A stretch of 45,311 bases of DNA from Acidimicrobiia bacterium. Its GTDB lineage: Bacteria; Actinomycetota; Acidimicrobiia; Acidimicrobiales; Ilumatobacteraceae. The DNA is taken from assembly GCA_043744155.1 (NCBI GenBank), contig JAYTVF010000423.1, positions 1-45,311 on the forward strand, written 5' to 3'. Below, in pieces: positions 1 through 9,075 of the stretch. The translations under genes were made by a program, and so were the position numbers. The notes beneath the pieces are model-generated. The model was not told the DNA's origin and did no database searches. It worked only from the letters and a program-made list of their open reading frames with translations. The stretch's first letter is position 1. Every line of letters starts with the position of its first letter.

Positions 1-29
1 GTTCGGCGGAATCTGAATGCCTGAATTTC

Positions 30-1238
30 TTGGCGGAGTGTAACGACACAAACCCCTGTGCATCAGTGACATCGAGGCACACCATGACCATCTCACTCAC
101 ACCCAGCCCCCGAACCGAATCGATCTCCCGTCACCAACTTCTTGTATCAAACGGAGCGCAAACGCCTCTGTATAGGAAGCCGACTGGAGTGGATCAAGGA
201 GGAGAAGCCATTTCCGACTGGAACAGCCTTTCCGGCGAGCATGCGTCCTGGGTGGCTGACGGCCGCCCAGGAGGATTGACTCACTTCGTGACTCGAGCCG
301 TGACCAGTGGTGTCACCGGCGATTCGCCCCTGGGTCGGGCCGCCGCCGCCCTCATGGCGTTGCGTCCGCAGCGATTCCCTGCCGCCCCTCCCGCCACCTT
401 GTGGCAGCGACTGTCGGCGGAGATCGAAGCCGCCGCTACCAACCCGATTGATGTCGTCATCGCCTTTGGATGCGGATGGCGCCGAGAGGTGTTCGTCGGC
501 ACAGGCGCGGGATGGCTCGGACGGTGGAACCCGGCCATCACCGAATTGGTAGCCATCGTGCGAGCCGCTACCGAGAGCGCCCGGCATCTGCTTTCCACCG
601 TTGTGCCCGAGCTGGAAATAGATCGAGACGACATCGTGGAATTGCCATCGCTGATGGCCGTCGGTTTGATGGGTAGTTGCGACTGCGAGCACCACGTGCG
701 CGGCTGCCGGTCAGGAGATCGCTGCACCCGGCGATGCTGTTTTCCCGATCACGATCTGGCTGACTGGGATCCGGCTCACGTGGCGTTTCGGGCCTTTGTC
801 GACCAAGCCGTTCGCGGCGAAGCCATCGCCACCCTGCGCGGCGGAGCGTTCGCCGAATCGATGCTGTATCGCCTATTGGAATCCGACGGCCGAGTTCTGG
901 TGCGCAAGGTGGAGGTGGCCCGGTGCCGCCAGTGCCGCACCGACTTCGAGGGCCCACGCTGCCCCGCCCCCGACTGTGGCGCCTGGGCCGACGAGGCCAC
1001 CCCACGGCGGGCCCGTTCGAACTGGCTGATCGTGCCCGAAGTAGTGGGTGGCCCGTACAGCGAGGTCAGCCGACTGGTTTGCGGTGACCAAGGCTGCGCT
1101 CGGCTATTCCCCAAACGACGGGACCCCCGCTGTCCCACCTGTGGTTGGGAACCCCCGCCCGATACCCACCCGAAGTCGGCGTCGGTGTGGCTGCGTCTCG
1201 CCCGGTCCAGCGTGGCAGGAGGCAGCTATGTCGACTGA
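30..1238 (+). CDS. Hypothetical Cys-rich protein with two zinc-ribbon-like modules; first gene of a 4-gene overlapping cassette
   Basis: ORF track 30..1238. The frame is open to the left window edge and the first start is TTG at 30, so the true start is uncertain (in-frame ATG 84; GTG 189 preceded by AGGAAG). Motifs read in the translation: CDCEHHVRGCRSGDRCTRRCC, CRQCRTDFEGPRCPAPDC and CGDQGC...CPTCGW. The stop overlaps the next gene's ATG by 11 nt. Confidence 0.55.
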   Translation: MAECNDTNPCASVTSRHTMTISLTPSPRTESISRHQLLVSNGAQTPLYRKPTGVDQGGEAISDWNSLSGEHASWVADGRPGGLTHFVTRAVTSGVTGDSPLGRAAAALMALRPQRFPAAPPATLWQRLSAEIEAAATNPIDVVIAFGCGWRREVFVGTGAGWLGRWNPAITELVAIVRAATESARHLLSTVVPELEIDRDDIVELPSLMAVGLMGSCDCEHHVRGCRSGDRCTRRCCFPDHDLADWDPAHVAFRAFVDQAVRGEAIATLRGGAFAESMLYRLLESDGRVLVRKVEVARCRQCRTDFEGPRCPAPDCGAWADEATPRRARSNWLIVPEVVGGPYSEVSRLVCGDQGCARLFPKRRDPRCPTCGWEPPPDTHPKSASVWLRLARSSVAGGSYVD

Positions 1239-2019
1239 AGTCATCCAACGCCTCGAAGCGCTTGGTCCCTGGGCGCCAGAGGAAGACACGCGCCTCATCG
1301 AGACCGAATCGGCCATGGCCATCATCGAGCGAATCCCCAACGGTGACGGCACCGTTATCGTGCTGCTCTCGGTTCGTGGTGCCGATACCCCGGGTCCCGA
1401 TGAGGTCGTGCTCACCGACGCATCGGGCCAGCGCCACGTCGGTACCCGCACCCGTCGCGGCCAATTGCGCTTCGACGATATTGCCGCCGACGGGTTCACC
1501 TTTGCCGTGCCATTGGCCACCGTCACCTCGCTGGCGACCTTTGTGCGAATCGATCGAGTGCTGGCCCACGCAGCGGCATCGGGCAGCCGAGTGATCGCCG
1601 GTTCGTTCCAGAGCCGGGACAACTCCATCGTCACTCGTATCGAAGAGAACGAGGAGGGTCGGCTCATCGTCGACCTCAGCGCTCCGACGGGATGGCACGC
1701 CGATCAATTGGTAGAGCTGCGATGGTCGGCCATCACCGTGGATGGCGTGGCCATGGTACGCACGTTGCTCTCGCCCCTGGCCGCGTCGATGGGTAAGGGT
1801 TTCACGGCCCGCTACGACTTGGGCAGCGTGCTTGGCGCCGACGCCATCGAGGTGCAACCCGCCGAACCAGCCCCCTCCGAAGCCCTGACGGTGGCAGCCG
1901 TTCGGGAAGCATTCTCGCTCTTGCTGTTCGGCTCAGCCGTTCGCGCCTGGGAGCGGCTGGCCGCCGCGGTTAGCGACGCCGAGGTGCGAGCGGCGATCAC
2001 GAAAGGTCTGAACCAGTGA
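1228..2019 (+). CDS. Hypothetical protein (about 263 aa), no family recognised
   Basis: Internal ATG at 1228 of ORF 1048..2019 (MSTEVIQRLEALGPW...), preceded by GGCAGGAGG. It overlaps the upstream stop by 11 nt, and its TGA overlaps the GTG of the next gene (GTGA at 2016-2019). Confidence 0.6.
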   Translation: MSTEVIQRLEALGPWAPEEDTRLIETESAMAIIERIPNGDGTVIVLLSVRGADTPGPDEVVLTDASGQRHVGTRTRRGQLRFDDIAADGFTFAVPLATVTSLATFVRIDRVLAHAAASGSRVIAGSFQSRDNSIVTRIEENEEGRLIVDLSAPTGWHADQLVELRWSAITVDGVAMVRTLLSPLAASMGKGFTARYDLGSVLGADAIEVQPAEPAPSEALTVAAVREAFSLLLFGSAVRAWERLAAAVSDAEVRAAITKGLNQ

Positions 2020-3740
2020 GCACGTCACTGGACGCCAACGCCCGATTGGGGGCCATGCTGTCGGGCCGACTGGACGAACGGCGAGATTTTGCCTGGTTAG
2101 CGTCACCCCATGGGCTGGCGTGGGTCTGTCGGTCGGTCTTGCAGGGCGGCCCCGCCGAGGTTCTGACCGACCCGAATCTGGATGAACTGCTGGCCCTGCT
2201 GGATGACTATCTGCCCCACCTGGCCGGCCACTCCGGGTCGGATCGTGCGCGGGCGCTGGTATCCATCGCCAGTGGCCGGCCCGATCTGGCCCGCCGCGAG
2301 TTCGGCTCCATGGAAGCCGTCGAGGTCGTTACCCAACTGTTGACCGGCCGCTCACCCGAACCGTTGGGTCAGGCCACCGCGGCGGCCCTGACCAGTCGCC
2401 ACGCCGACGGCCAGGTGATCGACCTGGCGCTGACCTTGCTGCCCGGACCCCCGGTCATCGTGCCTGATGTGCGCGCCGCCCCGCTGATGCGCTGCGATGA
2501 CGTCTTTGCCCAAGCCCTCCGCGACGCGGTGGAGGTGGCCGGCAGGCAGAGCACCGGGACCGTCGTATGGGCCGCGTTTTCGCAGCGCACGCGGGCGCCG
2601 CTCGATGTCATCGTCGGCCCGTCCGTCGGCCTCGCGGCTGCCCTGGCCGCACGCCGGCTGACATTGCGAAATGCGGCGCCGCTCGACCCGAGCTGGGTGT
2701 TCACTGGCGCCATCGACCGGCAGGGCCGCACCGTCAGCTTGCTGGATGCCGACGCCGATACCACCTCGTACCTGGCCAAGGTGACGGCGGCCGGTGATCG
2801 ATCCGTCATCGTGCCGGCCGTAGACGCCGGTGCGGTCAGCGAGATGGCAATGCGCAACAGTCTGCCGGCCAAGGTGGTGGGCGCGGCCACGGTGGATGAG
2901 GCCGAACTGCTGTTGACCCGTCACCTGGCGGGCAAGATCGGCTGGGAGCGGGCGTTGGCCGGCCGACCGGTTGACCCGCACGCACATCGCAAGGTGGGCC
3001 TGGCCTTGCTGGCCGCCGTCGTGCCGCTCAGCCTGGTGCTTATCGCAGGGTGGTGGGCCAATCACAAGTGGCAGGACCGCCAGGCCCGCGCCCGGGCCCA
3101 CGGTGCCGTGGCCACCATTCACGCCGATGGCACCACTTTCGACATCTTCCGATTCGAGGTGTCAAACGCTCAATATCGGGCGTGCGTCGCCTCGGGTCCG
3201 TGCGAGGCCGCCCGGGTTGACGGTGTCACGGTGGACGACGGTGACCCCAGCCTCGGCCCGTATCCCGTCGTTGGTGTCACGTGGCTGCAAGCCGCCACCT
3301 TCTGCGACTGGGTCGGCGCGAGGTTGCCAACGTTCACCCAGTGGCAGCAAGCGGTTGAGGAGCGCGGTCAGAACGAGTGGCCAATGAACGTTAAGGACCC
3401 GCAACTTTTGGGCGATCGGCCAAAACCGTGGATCGAGCCGAACCCGGCAGCGCTGCCTGGACTGGACGTCGTGGCCTATCTGATCGGCAATGTGCAGGAG
3501 TGGACCAACACGGTGTGCACCAGCAGCTGCCAACCGCAACCGCCCGGAAACCGAAACGTTCTGGGGACGGTGCGGATCGTGGGCCTGGACGGCACGTCAA
3601 TCAGCAGTCCTCAGGTGTATCCACCCGGCGACGCCAGCTGGCTGGAGCTGGACCACAACCCTGACGATTTCGTCAATCCAAAACATGGCGCAGCGACCCT
3701 TGGGTTTCGCTGTGCCTCAGAGCCAGGAAAGCAGATATGA
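2016..3740 (+). CDS. Multidomain membrane protein: N-terminal helical region, Lon (S16)-like Ser/Lys protease domain, single TM helix, C-terminal FGE/SUMF1-like (formylglycine-generating-enzyme fold) domain
   Basis: ORF track 574 aa. VIVGPSVGLAAALAA resembles the Lon GPSAG catalytic-Ser motif (Ser203). FTGAIDRQGRTVSL resembles Lon TGEITLRGxV. YLAKVTAAGDRSVIVP resembles Lon GGLKEKLLAA..IKTVLIP (Lys254). Hydrophobic helix VGLALLAAVVPLSLVLIAGWW at about aa 327-347. FGE-like motifs: FRFEVSNAQYRAC, YPVVGVTWLQAATFCDWVGARLPTFTQW, GNVQEWT, LGFRC. Confidence 0.75.
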   Translation: MSTSLDANARLGAMLSGRLDERRDFAWLASPHGLAWVCRSVLQGGPAEVLTDPNLDELLALLDDYLPHLAGHSGSDRARALVSIASGRPDLARREFGSMEAVEVVTQLLTGRSPEPLGQATAAALTSRHADGQVIDLALTLLPGPPVIVPDVRAAPLMRCDDVFAQALRDAVEVAGRQSTGTVVWAAFSQRTRAPLDVIVGPSVGLAAALAARRLTLRNAAPLDPSWVFTGAIDRQGRTVSLLDADADTTSYLAKVTAAGDRSVIVPAVDAGAVSEMAMRNSLPAKVVGAATVDEAELLLTRHLAGKIGWERALAGRPVDPHAHRKVGLALLAAVVPLSLVLIAGWWANHKWQDRQARARAHGAVATIHADGTTFDIFRFEVSNAQYRACVASGPCEAARVDGVTVDDGDPSLGPYPVVGVTWLQAATFCDWVGARLPTFTQWQQAVEERGQNEWPMNVKDPQLLGDRPKPWIEPNPAALPGLDVVAYLIGNVQEWTNTVCTSSCQPQPPGNRNVLGTVRIVGLDGTSISSPQVYPPGDASWLELDHNPDDFVNPKHGAATLGFRCASEPGKQI

Positions 3741-4738
3741 CCACACCCGCACAACCCTCCAAACGCGCTCCCGCCCTCTCGGCCACGGTCAATACCGCCG
3801 GGAAACCTAGTCTTCCGAATCTCGATCTGACGGCTCCGGTGCCGTTGACCGCGGCCCCCTATTGGCGGTTGAACGACAAGGATCCCGGGCATGTGTTCGT
3901 AGAACATGATGAGGGCGAACTCACCTTCAGAGTGACCATTTCAGGATCACCCGAACGGGTCAAGGCCTACGTCATGTCGGCAAAGATCTCCGTCGGTGCG
4001 GTGCCCTCCGCCGCGGCCATGGGGGAAACACCGCCCACCTTGCCCGTGCTTCGCGGCAGCATCCAGTCGGCATTGGAGGCTTTGGGAGCCCCGCCTGATG
4101 GTGCACCCGGGCTGACCTACGTGGAGTTAGCCGACCAGGCAGGGCTCGACCCGAATGATGTTGCTCGCCAGGCCACCGCCTATGTCTATGAAAACTTCGC
4201 CCAACGGCTGCGCAACGGTGAGCTCTCGATCGAGGACCTGAAGAATGTGCGATTCACCCGAAAACTGTCGGCGGCGATGCGCACCGTCGCCTGGCCGAAC
4301 CCGCCTACGGGGCAACACCTGACCATCGAGTTCTCGCTGGTCCGGCGTCCGCAAGCGGCAGACGGGGCAGACGTCGCCGATCACGCCACAACCGTGCGAT
4401 CCCTGAGGGCGGATGCGGCGGATGCGGCGGTAGCCACGGTGTTCGCCGGTGCATCGGTGGCAGGTGTCTTGTATGGCCAGAACGATTCCGACGGCTACCT
4501 TGGCACGTTCATCAACTGGGTGGAAACGAAGATCAACGTGTCTCGCGGCAGCGTGACCGCCGCGCTCTTTCGGACCAACGGTGCTCGCAATTCTCCTCAG
4601 CCCATCAACGCCGCGGCCACACCGCCGCTCGGTCTCGGATTGAACGGGTCGGAATCGGTCACGCTAGAGGTCGTGAACGACGCCAACGGACAGTCGATCT
4701 ATTCAGGCACCGGTCGGGGCTGGAAGAAGATCTACTGA
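3737..4738 (+). CDS. Hypothetical protein (333 aa), last gene of the cassette
   Basis: ORF track. Its ATG overlaps the upstream TGA (ATGA at 3737-3740). No motif recognised. Codon usage looks typical of the high-GC host. Confidence 0.6.
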   Translation: MTTPAQPSKRAPALSATVNTAGKPSLPNLDLTAPVPLTAAPYWRLNDKDPGHVFVEHDEGELTFRVTISGSPERVKAYVMSAKISVGAVPSAAAMGETPPTLPVLRGSIQSALEALGAPPDGAPGLTYVELADQAGLDPNDVARQATAYVYENFAQRLRNGELSIEDLKNVRFTRKLSAAMRTVAWPNPPTGQHLTIEFSLVRRPQAADGADVADHATTVRSLRADAADAAVATVFAGASVAGVLYGQNDSDGYLGTFINWVETKINVSRGSVTAALFRTNGARNSPQPINAAATPPLGLGLNGSESVTLEVVNDANGQSIYSGTGRGWKKIY

Positions 4739-4898
4739 CCGCCGGTCGTCGCCGTCTGGCGTTTCCTCGGTTGGCCACTTAGCCCGGCGCATCGCTCGCC
4801 GATGACCTACGGCCTGACATCGTTGAATGGCTCCGATCACTACGGCCCAGCATTACTCTTAAACTCGGACAGCAGGTCCGTTCACCGTAGTTGGCTGA

Positions 4899-5040
4899 GT
4901 AGTCGTGGAGGCCGAGAACGCCCGGTTGAAGAAACGGGTAGCGAACCAGGCGTTCGATATTGACCCGGTCTGCACCATTGGGCCGATCCACGCCAACCCG
5001 ACGGTAGGAGGGGTTGTGCGCGCCATCACCTCGCTCTAGT
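4899..5040 (+). pseudogene. Possible IS3-family OrfA (transposase N-terminal/leucine-zipper part) remnant
   Basis: A short frame below the ORF-track cutoff reads VVVEAENARLKKRVANQAFDID..., reminiscent of the ENxxLKxxxAxxxLDxxxL coiled coil of IS3 OrfA proteins. It sits in a lower-GC spacer. Weak call. Confidence 0.25.
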
Positions 5041-5107
5041 CTGACGAAGGGGAAGGATGCTCTGGTGACGATCCGGACATCGCCAGACATGAAATGATCG
5101 GGGACAC

Positions 5108-6301
5108 ATGAACGACCTCAGCAGTGCCATCGACGAAATTCTTGATCGCGTCGTATCAGATCCGCAGCCAGTCGCAGGGGTTGCTGCGGTCGTCACCAAT
5201 CGGGCCGGAAACATCTACGAAGGGGCCCGCGGCGCGCGGCGGCTGGGGAGCGGTGATGATTTCACCACCGACACGGTGTGCGCCATCTTCTCCACCACCA
5301 AAGCCATCGGTGGTACCGCCTGTCTGCAACTGGTGGAGCAGGGACTGCTCGACCTGGACGCACCGGCTCGGGAATACGTGCCCGCGATCGCCAAACTGCA
5401 GGTGCTCGACGGATTCGACCCCGACGGTCAGCCACGGCTGCGCCCGCCGAAGCGGGACATCACCACTCGCCATTTGCTCACCCACACAGCCGGGCTGGCC
5501 TATGACTTTTTGAACTACACGTACAAGGGGTTAGCGGAGGACCACGGTCAGGCCAGCATCATCACCGGCACCAGCGCCGCCCTGCAGTCGCCGTTGCTCT
5601 TCGATCCGGGTGATGAGTGGGAATATGGGTCCAACATCGATTGGGCGGGCCAAGTGGTGGAGGGTATTACCGGACGCCGTCTGGGCGAGGTGTTGGCCGA
5701 CACCGTCTTCGGTCCGCTCGGTATGACGTCGACCGCGTTCACCATGACGCCGGATATGCGGGCACGTCTGGCCACCGTTCACGCTCGCACCCCCGACGGT
5801 CTGGTGCCGATGGATGGCTTCGAACTGCCATCGGACCCTGAGGTGCACATGGCCGGGCACGGCCTGTATGGCACGGTCGACGACTACGCCAAGTTCATCC
5901 GTATGTGGCTCAACGACGGGCGGGCCCCCGGCGGAGAGCAGGTGCTCCGGCCCGAAACGGTGGAGATGGCCGCCCAAAACCATCTACCCGTCGGCATGCA
6001 CATCAAGATGCTGCCCGGGGCCATCCCGGCGTATTCCAACGATGCCGAGTTCTTCCCCGGCATGCCCAAAACGTGGGGCCTCACGTTCATGATCAACGAG
6101 GAAGATGCCCCGACCGGCCGCCCGGCCGGGTCGCTGGCCTGGGCCGGTCTCGCCAATCTGTACTACTGGATCGACCGGAAGAACGGCATCGGAGGGTACT
6201 GGGCCACGCAACTGTTCCCCTTCGCCGATGCCACATCCGTAGGTGGCTACCTTGACATGGAAACAGCGGCCTATACCCACGCCCTTCAGCGCGCCGGGTA
6301 G
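5108..6301 (+). CDS. Serine hydrolase, beta-lactamase (class C/esterase-like) family
   Basis: ORF track 397 aa. SxxK nucleophile motif in AIFSTTKAIGG. Overall similarity to beta-lactamase-fold esterases. Paralog of 7835..9013. Confidence 0.85.
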   Translation: MNDLSSAIDEILDRVVSDPQPVAGVAAVVTNRAGNIYEGARGARRLGSGDDFTTDTVCAIFSTTKAIGGTACLQLVEQGLLDLDAPAREYVPAIAKLQVLDGFDPDGQPRLRPPKRDITTRHLLTHTAGLAYDFLNYTYKGLAEDHGQASIITGTSAALQSPLLFDPGDEWEYGSNIDWAGQVVEGITGRRLGEVLADTVFGPLGMTSTAFTMTPDMRARLATVHARTPDGLVPMDGFELPSDPEVHMAGHGLYGTVDDYAKFIRMWLNDGRAPGGEQVLRPETVEMAAQNHLPVGMHIKMLPGAIPAYSNDAEFFPGMPKTWGLTFMINEEDAPTGRPAGSLAWAGLANLYYWIDRKNGIGGYWATQLFPFADATSVGGYLDMETAAYTHALQRAG

Positions 6302-6763
6302 TCGCTGCAGCTTCCCGCCACTGCTTACCCCTCGAGGGTTCGGCGTTTGCCGATGTGCGAGGCGGACCGACGGGCCCGGTCAGCTGCGGTAGTCGGTGGT
6401 GGCCGCGAGGTCGGCCGCTTGCTGCATCGATGCCAACACGACTGGGCCGAAGGAATCGGGAATCGCGGGCGATAGTGCTCTCGCCCGTCCATCCACGCCG
6501 CCAGTCCGGGTACATCAAGCTCGATCACAGGTTCTCCGCTTCGATCTCCAGAAATTCGGCGAATTTCGCTCGGGCCGGGTCTCGACGTTTGGGCAGATGG
6601 CCGGTCGGCCACGTCTTTGCGCACCTTTAGGTTATCGTTGTGCTTGTCGATGGACCACGCGGCGTAGAGAACGAACAGGCGGAACGGGAATAGCACGAGA
6701 AGATCGACGCCATCTGAGCTCCTCATCTGCCGGGCTTGACGAGCGAGGACTCTCGAAGCCGAA

Positions 6764-7159
6764 CTACTTCCGAGGTAGCGTTGGTGGCGAGGTCCCACTG
6801 TCGCCGGGGAACGGCACGGGAACCGGGGCAACCGTGGTCGTGGTGCCAACGATTGCGTCCTTTGGGGCCCCTGATGGAGGAAGCGGCTTGGGCTCGACGT
6901 AGGGTACGGTAGAGCGAGTCAAATCAATATCAGCTGGGCTTTTGACAGTCGCTGGCAGAACTCCTGTCGATAGAATTGACAAATCGGTGGGGCTCATGTC
7001 CCAAGCCAGAACTTTCCAACTGTCGCCTTGCTTTGCCATTACCAAGTCGTACCTCCAAGCAACCCCATCATTAAAACCCTCATGTAGCGATGGCGCCCCG
7101 GCAACCCCATCCGATGCGACTTCCCTGACGAGGTTCCACGGACTCGCAACGAGGCCCAC
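6764..7159 (-). pseudogene. Hypothetical ORF, or the broken 3' part of a decayed gene, in a low-GC insert
   Basis: ORF track 131 aa with a GTG start. The same frame stays protein-like upstream with no start codon (FEFGDRHFARAEATHLSLAGGVDAVAV...) up to a stop at 7286-7288. This suggests a frameshifted continuation of the amidase-domain gene upstream. Confidence 0.3.
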
Positions 7160-7403
7160 TCGAATGTTGCCGTCAGCCCGTCGCCGACCATCGGTTACGG
7201 CAACGGCGTCGACCCCACCGGCGAGGGACAGGTGCGTGGCTTCGGCCCTGGCGAAATGACGGTCACCGAATTCGAAATCAAGAATTTATCGGTCGATCCC
7301 GGAGCTCGGGGCGAAATGATCCCGCAGATTCTTTGCCCTAGCCGCAGATTGCTTGGCAAGTGCCCCCGGGTTCGGTTTGGGGGGCTTCTTTGAACGGAAC
7401 GAC

Positions 7404-7814
7404 TCATCCAGATCGGCGGACCGAAGCCCACCGCTGGTCTCCGGTTGAGTTCCAGCCAACCTCAATAGCAGCGTGATCAATCACACCGTCGTTGGTCCAA
7501 TCAAAGAACATCAAGTCACCCACCTGTGCATCATTGTACATCGGGCGATTGGCGGGACTGCATACGGTGGAAAGGTACCCATTGGGGGCCTTAGTGAACT
7601 GCCCGTATAGCGCTGCTACACCATTCCAGGAGGCAAAATAGCTGGCACCATTGAAGTACCAGTTCAGAGCCGCCGTGTTTGATCTCAGACCGCCCTGCGC
7701 TACGGCCTGCGATGCGAAGTTCGTGCAGTCGTTGTCTCCTGCAATCGCAACGCTGGCGTAGATCGGGTTTCTTGCCTGTGCCCACCGGTCAGCGTAGTTC
7801 GCAACACAGAGCAC
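7404..7814 (-). pseudogene. Amidase-domain (Amidase_6/PF12671-like) fragment, probably N-terminally truncated
   Basis: C-terminal part of ORF 7404..8111 reads YADRWAQARNPIY...DNDCTNFASQAVAQGG...VGDLMFFDW..DGVIDHAAIEV, which matches the putative-amidase-domain signature. The rest of that ORF is only an alternate frame of the esterase gene. The first usable start is GTG at 7814. Confidence 0.45.
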
Positions 7815-7834
7815 CCGTCGCCGATCGGAAGCGG

Positions 7835-9013
7835 TCAGCGGTTGCGATAGACCGCGCTCTCGAAGTCGACGAAGCCGGGGTAGGACGATGCGTCTTGGAA
7901 CGGCAGGATTTGCGAGCCCCAGAAGCCTCCGATGCCGTTGCGACGGTCGATCCAGTAGAACAGGTTGGCGAGCCCGGCCCACATCAGCGACCCGGCGGGC
8001 CGACCCGACGGCGTCTGGTCGTCGTTGATCTGGAAGGTGTAGCCCCACGACTTGGAGAGCCCGGGGAAGAACTCGCCGGAGTTCGACAAGGACGGAATCG
8101 ATGTGGTCCACCCGCCCGACTTCAGATCACCGAGCGCGTTGGCCGACATCATGTCCACGGTTTCAGGTTTCAGGACCCGACCATTCGGGCCGTTGCCGTC
8201 GTTCAGGAACATCCGAATGAACTTCATGTACTCACCGACCGTCGAATACAGACCATGGCCGCCCATGTCCATCGCTGGTGGTTGGGGAAGGGCCAGATCT
8301 GGCAGCGGGGTGAGCTTGCCGTCTTGCGCTCTGTCGTGGATCGTCGCCCGCCGGGCCTGCATGGACTCGGTCATCGTGAAGGCGATATCGGTCATGTCGA
8401 GGGGCCCGAAAACCCGCTCGGCGAGTACGTCACCGAGTCGCTTGCCCCGAACCGCTTCGACGACTTTCCCCGCCCAATCGATGTTCGCACCGTACATCCA
8501 GCGCTCGCCCGGGTCATGAAGGAGCACGGTGCGAATCGAGTCGTAGGTGCACGAAACGACGGTCGGTATGCCCTTGGCTGTTCGGTAAGCCAGATCATCG
8601 GCACTGAAAAACTCATACCCGAAGCCCGCGGTGTGGAGGAGCAGTTGGCTCACCGTGATGTCGCTTTTGGGTGCCCTGGTGATCGGCTGGCCATCGCCGT
8701 CGAATCCGACGAGCACTTCGATCTCTGCGATGTCGGGAACATGGCTCTTCGCTGGGCCGTGAAGGTCGACGAGACCCTCTTCGACGCACTGCATCACGGC
8801 CGCGCCGACGATCGCCTTCGTGGTCGAGAAGATCGCCATCACGGTATCGGTGGTCATCGCCTCGCCGGTACCCAGGTCGCGCACGCCCGCTGCGCCCTCG
8901 TAGAAGTTCTCGTTGCGGTTCGTGGCCATGGCGACAACGCCCGGCGCGCCGCCTGCGCGACCGACGGTGTAGTCAAGGATGTCGTCCATTGCGGTGGTCA
9001 CTGATGCTGACAT
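7835..9013 (-). CDS. Serine hydrolase, beta-lactamase (class C/esterase-like) family (paralog of 5108..6301)
   Basis: ORF track 392 aa. SxxK motif in AIFSTTKAIVG. By eye, about half of the residues are identical to the 5108..6301 product along its length. AAGGA lies upstream of the ATG at 9013. Confidence 0.85.
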   Translation of the reverse strand: MSASVTTAMDDILDYTVGRAGGAPGVVAMATNRNENFYEGAAGVRDLGTGEAMTTDTVMAIFSTTKAIVGAAVMQCVEEGLVDLHGPAKSHVPDIAEIEVLVGFDGDGQPITRAPKSDITVSQLLLHTAGFGYEFFSADDLAYRTAKGIPTVVSCTYDSIRTVLLHDPGERWMYGANIDWAGKVVEAVRGKRLGDVLAERVFGPLDMTDIAFTMTESMQARRATIHDRAQDGKLTPLPDLALPQPPAMDMGGHGLYSTVGEYMKFIRMFLNDGNGPNGRVLKPETVDMMSANALGDLKSGGWTTSIPSLSNSGEFFPGLSKSWGYTFQINDDQTPSGRPAGSLMWAGLANLFYWIDRRNGIGGFWGSQILPFQDASSYPGFVDFESAVYRNR

Positions 9014-9075
9014 AGTGGTTTCCTTCGTTTCGGGTGCGTGCGAATAGAGATCGAGTGATATGGGCTTCGGTGGAT

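Noticed and set aside
4409-4430. Short direct repeat gcggatgcg gcggatgcg inside gene 4 of the cassette
   Set aside because: Only two 9-nt copies, encoding ADAADAA. It is within the normal range for Ala/Asp-rich high-GC coding sequence.
6302-6760. ORFs 6325..6849 (-), 6396..6902 (+) and 6355..6630 (+)
   Set aside because: These are mutually overlapping frames with no signature. A short hydrophobic start (DLLVLFPFRLFVLYAAW) is followed by low-complexity sequence and frame breaks. I treated the interval as non-coding or decayed insert DNA.
7679-9004. 441-aa + strand ORF
   Set aside because: It is antisense to the beta-lactamase-fold hydrolase gene 7835..9013, which has the SxxK motif and a paralog. 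The + product has no recognisable motif and a skewed composition.
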